Source: Klebsormidium nitens (lineage: Eukaryota; Plantae; Klebsormidiophyceae). Taken from it: DNA of 64,000 nucleotides. The stretch spans positions 62,001-126,000 of the forward strand of contig DF236988.1 of assembly GCA_000708835.1 (NCBI GenBank). Reading direction: 5' to 3'. Below, one piece after another: positions 12,091-23,011 of this stretch. The position numbers and the translations under genes are program-made. Every line of letters begins with the position of its first letter. Positions within the stretch are counted from its first letter, which is position 1. Under the pieces are notes generated by a model. It did not search any database, was not told the origin of the DNA, and was given only the letters and a program-made list of their open reading frames with translations.

Positions 12091-12593
12091 CCGGCGCCCC
12101 CCCGGCGCCAGAGTTGTGCACGATATTCTGAGGAAGACCCGGCGCTTCTCCGGCGCCTCTTGCCTCCTCGGCGGTCTTGTCTACCCACATTCAACCTCAG
12201 CTCTAAGCTTTGTTCTTCCTTGAACCCGGAGGACAGCAAAACAGCCTCTGTGACAGTGTTGACTCATCAGCGTGTTCAGTTACCTGCTAGACTGAGCTAC
12301 TGTACTGCGTCGCGCGCCGCGCGCCGGCGGCGGCCTTGGCCGGCTGTGCGGCAAGCGAGGGTTTGGGGTTTCCGAGCCACTGCCATGACCGTTCCTCGCG
12401 GCCGCCGAAACGGCCGATACGGAAAGGCTCGGAAAACTCGCTTTCCAGCATTGCTGTTGGCATGGCCGCATAGGCGGCAATTCAATTTGCAGCATCGTCG
12501 CTTGTGCAGGAAGAAAGTATCGTCTTTAAGTGCTGCTTTTTAGAAGGGTTTGAAACGCAGCGGTAGAGAGAGCAAGGGACTCCAAGCGGCAGG

Positions 12594-15500
12594 ATGTCGC
12601 TTTCCTCGCTCAGAGTCCTCGACAAGGATGTAACAAGTGAGCACCTCTTTCCCGCTTTGCTGACTCTTTTTTGGAATCCTTTGTGCCTTCTGTAGGCATA
12701 GCAGAATGAAACATTTTCAATTGCGCGATTGACTCTAGTATTCTACTGGTCACTTAAATAAGTAATGCTTCTCGCTTGAGGAGATACTTGCTGCATTTCT
12801 TGCAAACATGTTGTAGTGTGTTGCCATTCTCCCCGTGTGCTCGTCTCCAAGGCTTTTACGCAACCTGGTACATGATATCAACAATCCAGTCCGCGTCCGC
12901 TTCTTGTAGTAGGGCCTCCTTCTTATGAAGCCAGTTGCAGAACTCTTTTCACCCATCTTCCCTAACCCTGCACATGGCAAAGACTTGATGTAACAACCTC
13001 ACTTTGACCTTGGATAATCCCTCCTTTATATCCCCCACACTTCTCTCCATTCCCTTCCCACAACTCTCCAGAGAAGCACACTCAATCTACCTACGTTCTT
13101 AAATTTATCCTTTCCCCCCTGCATTTTCTTTGCAAATGCCCCTGGGGTCCAGCCTGTGAAGCTTATCACACTTCCCCTCCCGCACTTACTTTGCAGATGC
13201 TCCCGGCAGAGACTCAGCTTTCAGGCCTAATGTCAAGGCCCGGGTGCGGAGGGGCCAGACCGGCACGCCTGCCCCAGAAGCGGTCCCTGCGCCGCAGGCG
13301 CCCCCATTGGAGACAACGGCCAGGCCTGAGCCCCTTGATGCAGCGCAGCGACCCGCTCCCCCTTCGGGCCCCTTGTCGGGCCCTGCTAGAAGTGCGAGAC
13401 TGGTAAGCACACAAGGACAAGATGAGGGCGGTAGACGCAAATGAAGTGTTGCCCTGCTTGGTTATTGATGGCAAATGCAAGTCAATATCAATCTCCTCGA
13501 AATAAAAAGGTCTAATAGAAGCATTGCCCTGCTTGGTGACTGATGGCAGCCTGCAAGCCAACGCATCACTGTTCTGAAATAAAAGCGAAGGTTGAATCGT
13601 AGATACACAAAAGTTGGGCTCGCGTGAATATTGTCAATGTCGAAAGATTGACGGATACATCAACAGTGTCGAAAGAGCACAGTCCAAGACCTGCACTTGA
13701 TCAGCGAACTGAAGAAGAGAAGAATCTGGGTGAAGAGGAGCAATGCTAGCTTTTTGCTTGCTTTTTGAGAATCGGTACATTTCAAAGACCCAGGTGTATG
13801 GGGCTGCCAGCACCACCCTATCTTTTCTTCTTATTTCCATGTCCAACCACTTGTTTGTATCTTTGTGCAGCCTCCGATTGTTGAGGCGGAGAGGCCTCGG
13901 GGGCGTGAGCCTGCTGCTGCTCCCCTGGGCGCCCTTGCCCCCCCGGCAGATCCCATTGCTCCTGCGACACTCCCCCAAGCGGCTGCACCCCCAGCTGCCG
14001 ATGGCCCCACCCAGAGTGCCGGAGCAAAGAGGAGGATCCCCCACTCTACGACTGGGGGCCGGCGAAGGACTGGTAAGACAGTGTTTGTGGGGCAAAATCT
14101 TCAGAGTCTTAAAGTTCTAGATATACATTGTGTATGCAGGGCGAAATTTCTCAGGATTCAAGCACTCCAAGAGGCTTGGTAGAGAGTTGATCTTTCAAGA
14201 GTTAACCTTTCAACAAATGCCAAGTAGCCAATTCGTGTAACAAGGTGGTTGCCTGGTAAGCCACTGGCAGACACCTCCACAGAACGATGAAGTAGGAGGC
14301 TGTGTCCCACTTCGCTTAACATCTTGAGAATCCGGTTTGGCACTCTGCTGTATGTCAGTTCCCGTATCCGCACACAATGAGACCCTGGCAAAAAGGGTTG
14401 GGTGGCTCGAGCTGGTCCAGGTTTGGTGTCTACATATTGTTGATGCAGCTTGCAATCCTTTCGCTGAGATCAGGCCTCTCAGAATCGGAATGTCACACGG
14501 TCAAAAGATGATTGTGAGAAGGTTCTTAGTGAAAACAAGCGCTTTTTCCACGACTGTCCTTGATGGAAACGCACCCGGGGATTGAATGCCAGCCTCCTAC
14601 CACATTTGTAGGCGGTCTGGGATATTGCAGATTGTCCCCATCTGCAGCACCTCTTCCTTTCTTGCGCAGCCTTCCGTGGCGGGCCCGAGGTAGACGAGCA
14701 CTTCCTGGCAACGGGGGAGGTCAACACTGCCGGGATGACCCTTAAGGACATCCTCCGGATGGCAGACGCAAAGGAAAAGGAGGCAAGTCTCGGCTTGAGA
14801 CCGCACATCTCATGTGCCATCTTTCAATCCTGGCAAAGCTTCAGGGTCCGTCTGAGTGCTCCGCTGGTGAAGCCTTTGGCTTCGCTTTGTCTGCTCGCAC
14901 CTGGCTCCTCACAAGAGTGGCTCTCCTCGGGACTCCAGTTTTCTGCATCACGCTATTGGTCTACAAATCTTGCCTTGCACCTATAATTGACGATTCTAGC
15001 ACACACAAATCAGCTGAGCCGTTTAGCGGTTGCAGAAGCACGAGATTTTGCAATCCCTTGACCAGAAGCCCTATTTAGTTGACAACGAGATTGGGTCCAT
15101 CTGCTATCGGGTAGACCCTTCTATACCAATCATATCCTCAGTCTTTATCCTCCTCTGCTCGTCCCCTACAGAGAAACGTTGACGATGTACGGCGGCCCCC
15201 CCGGGATGAAGAGGCTGAGGAGCGGCAGGCACGGGAGCGCTCTCCTGACGAGTGAGCACCCTCCGATCTAGTTCGTGTCGCTGGAAGTTGGTCCCGACAG
15301 TCGCCAGCGGCAGTTTGCAGAAGCTTACTTGAGGTTGCCCTACAGCGCTCTGCGTGCGAGTGTCGCCGGCCGTGCGACCTACAAAATCCTGGTTAGAGGG
15401 TTTCTAATCCCTTATGTCCGCCGCTCATATCATATGCCTCTTTTTCCCTGGCCGAACGTCCGTACCCCCCAGAACCGCGTCCCCTTACCCCCGTGAATCA

Positions 15501-18082
15501 TATTACCGCCGTCCATCGACTGTCCAAGTCAACGTTTAAAGTGATGTCCGAAACTTTTCAATCCGTGCCGCACGTGCGCGCACCAGTCCCCAACATTTTA
15601 CCCCTCTACCATCGCAACTCGTCTCACTGACTCGTCCAACCGAGTCTGCTTACGGAACGAACGTTTGAAGTCACATTTAAGGTTGTATTTCCCAGGCCGG
15701 ACGTTCGCGCGCTGGCTCCCGAAAATCTCATGCCCTTCTCTCGTTACCAACCTCACCGAACCGTCCGACAGTACGTTTGAACGAAACGTCCGAACCGATG
15801 TCCGATCGTTTACCTTCTCAGGCCGGACGTACGCGCACTGGCCCCTTGGAATCGAGGTAGAGGGCCAGACCGTGCTCAACCCTCAGAGCCCGACAGCGTC
15901 CGCACTTGCGTCCAAGCCAGTCGTCCTAAACGTCCTCATGTTCGAACGAAGTGCTGAACTGACTCCTCCACCTCTGTCCTCCAGACCGGACATCCACGCG
16001 CTGGCCCCATAGATCCGCGTAGTCAACGGCCCGATCGTGGTATACTAGCAGAGCCTGACGGCGTCCGCGCAGGCGTAAAGCTTGTCTCCTTAATTGCTCG
16101 CATGTCCGAACGAAATGTCCGAACTGACCCCTTGACCTTCTGTGCCCGACCGGACGGCCGCGCACTGGCCCCCCAGAGTCGGGTAGTGGACGGCCAGATC
16201 GTGGTAGAACCCGGAAGCGTCCGCACAGGCGTCCAATCCCGTTGTCATAATTGTCCGCATGTCCGAACGGAATGTCCGAACTGACCCCTCAACCTTCTGT
16301 GCTCCAGGCCGGACGTCCTTTCGCTGTCCTCCCACATCTTCATCCCCTTTCATCGCTATGTATCTCATCGCCGTTCTACTCGATGGTTGAAGAAACGTCC
16401 TAATCAACGTCCGCACGTGTTCGTTCTCAGGCCGGACGTCCGCGCGCTTGCCCCCCAAATCCGAGTGGTTGACGGTCAGATTGTGGTCGACCAGCAGAGT
16501 CTGACAGCGTCCGCACAGGCGTCCAACCCGGTCGTGTCGCACAGCTACCGGCGCGTCGAGGAGAGCGGGTCGCGGCTCAACTCGAACACGTACTCGAACC
16601 GGAAGCCCACCAAGCGGTGGACGGACGCAGATACGGTCGTGTTTTATAAGGTGAGGGAAGTGTGATGTAAGAGTATGGGAGAGATGTGGGTTTGAAAGGT
16701 GGTAAGAAGAGGAGTTGAAGACTCGCAATAATGAGAGCGGGGCAGCGGGTTCTGGACGGTCGAGGGGTCCGGGGCCGACCGAGTACTGACAAGTGAAGCC
16801 ATGCGAATCTAGTGGATCGACGCTCCCCCGAGCTTGCATGACTTCCGGGCCGTATTGCGGACGTAAGGGATGCATCCCGGCGTCGCTTTTGCGCTTCTAC
16901 CACCCCACGCCGCCTCAAAGGTCCCACCGCAAGCGGCGAGAAACATTTCAGGAGTTTAGAATTGGGGGGTGTTCATTAGGCCCAGAGGGATGTCATTATA
17001 ACGTGCACTTTTTCCCCCGCAGGCGCTGCGGCAGTTCGGCACGGACTTCACGACGATCCAGAAGCTGTTCCCGAGCCGCAGCCGGCACCAGATCAAGAAC
17101 AAGTACCTCAACGAGGACCGCCACCACCCCAAGGCCATCGAGGCGGCGCTCAACCATAAGAGCAAAGGTGGGCCCGCCACAGATTGCGATTGCTAGTGTA
17201 CCGGATTCAGGTCCTGATTGTGAAATACAATGTAGTCGAACTACAGGAGCAAAGGTCGGCCATGCGCACATCGCAAACGCTCGTATGTGGGGATGAGGTC
17301 CTGTTTCCTAGGCGTCGAGAAGTCGACCCGGCACCGTTGTAATAGTACCTGTGAAAACCGCACCGTTAGGAGCGATTCTTTGATGGAACATTGAGAGCAC
17401 GGGCGACGAGTTGAAGTGAGGAAGAACAGTGTTCCTGAAAATTCAAAGAGCCTCGCATTTCCTCGGCCACTCCAATTAAGGTGCGTCGCCGTAATCAGCA
17501 TCTTGTACAAGGCTTCGAAGCAACGACCTCTGGACGGCTGCCAAGACAACCAGCCTTTGATGTGATTGACGACTTCGTTTCTCAGCAACTGACTTCACCT
17601 CGTTTCCTCCTCCAGATAGCAGCCATTACGAGGAGATGATCGCCCAGCTGCAAACGGCGGCCAACGCAGAAGCCGAAGAGAATCTGGAGAATGGAGCGCA
17701 ACCAGACGGTGCGCAGAACCGGGGGGCGAGCGGGTCTACCGGGACGGCGCAGACGACCGCTTCAGTGGCTGCAAATGCGTCCCAGGCAGCGGCCTCGGGT
17801 GTGGATGACGTGGCCGGAACATCAGGGCGGGATGATGACGTGGGAGAGCTGGATCACGTGGGCTTTCCGGCGGCGTTGGTGGTTCCGTCCGGTGGCTCCC
17901 AGCAGGGCGCGAGTCAGCAGAGCACGGCGCCCACAGCGGGCGGTTTGTCGCAAGAGTCGCAGGCCCGGGCCACTGGAGTGGAAGGGCCGGTCCGGGAAGC
18001 CGAAGCATCGGGTCCGCTCAACTACTTGCAGAGGTCGATGCAGCGGAGGCTCGAACGAGGCTACCGAGACTCAGCGTTATAA
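12594..18082 (+). CDS. BDP1: TFIIIB subunit B'' (Bdp1), SANT/Myb-like domain
   Basis: Phase-consistent exons 12594-12636, 13197-13402, 13871-14072, 14670-14782 (GC donor), 15172-15251, 16431-16650, 17023-17167, 17616-18082. Motifs MTLKDILRMA, APQIRVVDGQIVVDQQSL, RLNSNTY..RWTDADTVVFYK|ALRQFGTDFTTIQKLFPSRSRHQIKNKY. The first exon is tentative. Confidence 0.88.
15690..16320 (+). repeat. Degenerate tandem array (~125-165 bp period) of copies of the BDP1 acceptor and exon start at 16431
   Basis: Copies start near 15696, 15822, 15985, 16149 and 16308, each resembling cag|gccggacgt.cgcgc.ctggccccc. Three extend through gt.ga.gg.cagatcgtg..agcgtccgcacaggcgt. Confidence 0.85.
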
Positions 18083-19278
18083 TATTTCGGTTGGAAAGCT
18101 TTGCACAACTTTACGTAGCTTCAAAAAATAGTAGATGGTGTGCAGTACGCATACTTTAGAGTGCGACAAGCTATCTTTCTTACAATGAAAGCGTCAGAAG
18201 AAAGTCAGTGTTCTCTAAGCGGCCTGTAGGCGGTTTGTTTAGATGCATCCATTGCCCGAGGCCCATCTGCAATACAACTGCACCCATCCAGTGCATTATT
18301 GTGAATAATAATACATTGCTTAACTAGTGGCAACTTCAGCTGGAGCGTGATCTGAGTTTGTTTCTGCATGGTGCATATTATACTGAGTGCACCATGGTAC
18401 ACCCGCACATGGTACATAATGCGATGCCTGTGTCGAGCTACGGGGCCGCGTGAATTTGACACGCGCTGTAGACGCATTGAATGATGGCATGGCTCCGAAT
18501 ATCTTCGCGTCGTGTATAGGGTCACATGTGGTTACTTAGGTATCCGCGCCTCGAGTTCATATGCTCTGCAAACTCATAACCGAATTCAGGAGTCGATCTC
18601 CTGCGGCGCGCGATTTATTGCGCGTCAAATTATTAACTGGCGAATCTTGCAACTTGGAACAAGAGTTCGAGTCTGTACCATCCATCATCCATACGTTCGT
18701 TATAATATGACGGACGTAGCGTACCCTCGTGATGCTAACGATCTAGATACCTAAGCTAGCTTCAGATAATGGTAGAAAAGATCAGCAGATTGAGTCTTGC
18801 ATGGATTCGTCTGTTTCGAGTTTGAATCTCTGGGGCCGGCCACTTGCCATGTTGCACAGACATGGCCGTAAGGAGTAAGCAGTCTTCTTTTGAGGAACTA
18901 AGCTTATGAAAAACCAGCACGGCCATCTAGCTACCGCAATGGGTGCGACTTCCATATGGTGCCCGGACATTTGTCTACGCTGATTTGAGCTAGTGACTCA
19001 TCTAGACGGTTGCGCAACTGTCTAGCTTACTAGCTCTCAGTAGCTATGGCTCTAGGCTATGACAAACTCTTGCAGTGACCATGTTTTAGGGCCTTACAGT
19101 TTTACACAGTGCGTGCTCGGGTTTGCGTTTGGAAGAAGGACCGTGTGCCTTGTTCCAAAGCAGCTTTGACGTTTCTGTCTACAAGCGGTCCTCTCCTAAC
19201 CGTATCTACAGCTAGCAGCGCACCTTATGGCAGTGATGTCTAGACTAATGGACGAACTTCATTGACTGAAAGCAGCGC

Positions 19279-21807
19279 TTAGGGCTCGACCGAGCTTATC
19301 CGCTTCATGGACTTTCCGGCGCTTGTCTTAGGGTCCGCTACCAGCTCCAACACGTCCAGGCCTGCGACGCACTTCTTGAGGTACTTGGGGTACCTGCGGA
19401 TCGGACCAGTAACGATTTTGTCAGTGTTGCACAGGCGGGTCCAGCTCAGAGTGGTAACTTTGTTGAATGGATCGCAGCCAGCTGATAAAAGTTCCCGCCC
19501 ATTTGATCTGTCAGGCGTCCTGCTCCACTTACTGTGTCTCCACTTGCGGACTACAGCTACCTTCTTCGAGCTCCCACTTTCGACAAGGAAAATATCCGCC
19601 CTTCTGCCGGGTGTATGCTCTAGAGAATAGTTCACATGCCTCGTAACCAGGCTGTCACGAAGCGAGAAGAAAGTGCAAGAGGAATTCGCCAGCCCGACTA
19701 AGACCAGACGTCCTCTTACAGTAGCATTGAACCAATTCTCAACAAGCGCACACTCTGACAGGTGGCCCCTTTTACAACGCTTGCAGCGGTTCTACCTCGA
19801 CAGCTGGCAAGCGTACTCACACAGCTGGCAATCGCACTCTAACAGCTCGTTTATGCCGCGCACTGACAGCTGGCAGATCGCACTTTCACAACTGGCAACT
19901 TGCTTCGTGGCTAGTAAGCGGCCCCTCTTAAAGAGGCGTACTTCAACAGCCGCATTCAACCCTCTCTCTGGTCCATTGGCTCGCGCACGAAGCCCGTTCA
20001 ACTACTGGGGAGCTTTCAGTGTGAACAGAAGTCCCTTCTCACAGGACCCCTCAGCAAAATCCGCACGTATCCTGGTTACAGAGAAGCCGGACAGCTGGCA
20101 CTCACCAGAAGTGGTCAAGGATGAATCTGATGGGCGCCGGCATAGAAGCCCGGAACTCCTTTTCCACGTAGTCCTTGCCCGCCCACTTGTACATGGAATG
20201 CACGATCCAGGGGGCCATCTTGGCGTTCCCGCTCAGGCCTCCAGCCTTGATGATTTTGTCGATGATCTGCAGGACGGGTTCGGGTTCGATTCTAGAAGAG
20301 AGATGTCAAAGGGGAAGAGCGGAACGGGGTTCAAAGACTGTCAAAGCTTCCTGTGACGAGTGGTTTGGGTTTGAGCTGAGCTGGATTGTTGCTGAGCTGG
20401 TCTGCTCGACTGCTGCAAGTCAGAAGCCCTTGCAAGGCCAGAGAGAATCTGGCAGCATACATGAACGTGTTTTGCGCAATATTCTTGTTCTTTACGATCT
20501 GAAGTCGTTGACAGCTGTCAAACAAGGAAGCAAGGTTGCTGGGACAAGACTATGGGACAGCTGCACAGAGACACTTGTAGACTTCCTCTACGCCTAACAA
20601 ACAACTTTGAAAAGTAGTAGCGATGATCACCAAGAATCCAGTCTGCTTACCTGCTGGTGCTCCTCCTTTGTAAACTTCTCCCGAATCACTGGCGTGAAAA
20701 ACCGCTCCTCCTCCTCGAGATGCTCCCTCAGCTCCGCCGCCATGTGGGCGACCTTCTGCCTCAGCTCCTCTGCCAAATTTCGCCGCTCTGCCATCGATGG
20801 AGGGGATCCCCCCTTGGTGAGCGGCTGGAAGCGCAGCTCCATTCCCTTGATGTCATCCAGCATGTGAATAAGCCCCTCATGGTCGGCGGACATGCGCTCG
20901 GGGATGACGTCACAGCGGGCTTTGATCAAGGGGAAGAAGATGGTTTCCTCCACGTCGTGGTGGTGGTGTACCTGCGGGTTAGCAGAACCGGGTTAGGACG
21001 AAGCGAGAATGAGGGGGGTAGCAAGTGGTTATGTCAAGGTTAAAGCGGCTGATTGCAAGCCTGGTCTCTCAGTCCCATGACCTGCTGAACTAGGAAACAA
21101 GCTAACGTCTCAAAATAGTGTGAGCCCATTGGTCTGTGAGTCGACTGCCTGGCGGTTTCGGAGTTTCAGAGACAAGGCTTGTTGGAACCAGAGTCTGCGG
21201 CTTGAAGGGTGAGGGCTCAGACGATATATGAGCAAACATAGGAGCATCCTGGGCACACCATGTGCCTCAGCAGCCTAACGCACCAAACATAGACTGTTGT
21301 GCGGATGCTTTCACAAAGTCGGGAACACAGCAAGGGATGCGGGGACACTCAGTCCTCAGGGCTCAGCAAAACATTTGCTGGGCTGCTCTCATGGAGCTGC
21401 ACCAGCCCATCTGCTCAGCGCTGCTTCAACACTCTGGCTGAGAGCAGTTGTTTGTTTGATTCCAGCTGTCGCTTTTCCAGACCACAGTGAGCATCAAATT
21501 GTTCAGATGTCATTGGAGCGGGGCCTCACGTTGGGGTAGAACCACCGGTTGTACCACTTGAAGAACGCCGCGACCTTCCAGGGCTGCGTTCCGTCAAAGA
21601 AGGGCGCCTGCAGCAGGCGCTCCATGCGCGCCAGGTCATCGCGGATGGGCTCGTGGGGGGTCTGCAGGCAAATAATTGCGTGAAATGTTTTCAGATTGCC
21701 GTCCCAAGAATCTTGTTTGCTCAAGCTCAGTAAGAAAGGTGACTCAAACCTCCTCATGGGGAGCCACCGTAATCTTCAGCAATGCTGCTCAAAAGCAAGT
21801 CAGACAT
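19279..21807 (-). CDS. Hemerythrin-like (HHE cation-binding domain) protein; 5' exon uncertain
   Basis: Exons ~21662-21530, 20971-20651, 20266-20106, 19393-19279 join in phase: PHEPIRDDL..WFYPN|VHHHHDVEETIFFP..DHEGL..REHLEEEERFFTP. These are the His/Glu iron ligands of the hemerythrin fold. Confidence 0.85.
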
Positions 21808-23011
21808 GGTCAAGCTCGATAGAAACCTAAGAAACTAGGGGACGTTCATAGATAGGCCCCATGCAAAGGTCCCAGCAACGTGCCCGGAACCAGGTCAAAG
21901 ATACTCAATTATTGTCAAGCCCTTGCACAGTCAGAGCCTCTCTTGTTTCCACAATGTCCTGCTCATTGTCTGCCATTGACCATATCAGCCTTGGAAAGGA
22001 CCCCAGGAGGTTGTCCCCATAGTAGCAGCTCACAACTTCCGCCCCTTCACGCTACTCCGAGGTGTGCAAGACTCTTCTAGTAGTAGCACCATTTCAAACA
22101 AGGCTGCCAATTCACCAAATGGATGTGGGCAACTCACCAACATCGACGTGTCAGACCAATGGTTGACAACTGGTATCACCGTAGAGGTGGGGCCGACGAA
22201 TGCCGGCACATGCTTTGGTGGAGCCATTCGCTGACGTCAAGAATAGGGATTGGCTGCCTGACACGGCTCTCGATTGTGCTGGTCTAAGAGTCTGCTTCAC
22301 AGGGGATCTTGCCTTGACGTTGGCGCAGGGCAAATGGGGCGGTCGAGTTTGTGGCTGCAGAGTTCCGGCAGCTTGTAAGACTTGTTTCATGCGCAAGTGA
22401 AAGCAAGAAAGCAAACAAGGCAATTTTGTACGAATGGCGAGAAGCTGTGCTTGAGATGGGACTGTGAAGAGGACGCTTTATTTGCTGCTTCTGAGCAGCA
22501 GTTTCTGCAAACCTGTCGTCCTCGACCTACGGTAGCAGTGAGCACCATTCGACGACCATGTTGACATCACCCGCAATTCACGGGGGTGCGCCCACCACTT
22601 GATGATTGCATTGCATTTACTCGAAGTGCTTGAAGTGTGACAATAATATAACCGGGGAGTAGTTCGATATCTAAGCCAATGCCCGGTTGAAATATAGGTA
22701 GTCGTCGCCGTCGACGGTCTGCCCAGATCTTTGCATCAAACTTCTTCAGACGAAAGACTCAGCCGGTGGATAGCTCCGACCCCGAATGGGAAGCCCCGGG
22801 CCGAAAAGTCGCGTGACCTCTGCTGAGGGATCATCATAGGTCATAAATGTGGTCAATCACCGTTACCGCCCCTGCACTGATGCCAGGCGCTTCAATTGTC
22901 GTCTCGATTACGACCTACACCTCAAAGCTCCAGAGCTGCTCTTGCTTTAGGTACTATAGGCCTACCTATCGAAGATGTAATTGCACAAAGCAAGCATATT
23001 TTACCAGGGAA

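Noticed and set aside
15598-16665. Repeats with spacers that superficially resemble a CRISPR array
   Set aside because: Repeats are long, degenerate copies of a BDP1 exon; no cas genes; eukaryotic intron context.
19673-20356. 227-aa plus-strand ORF
   Set aside because: Lies in hemerythrin introns and antisense to one exon; no recognisable domain.
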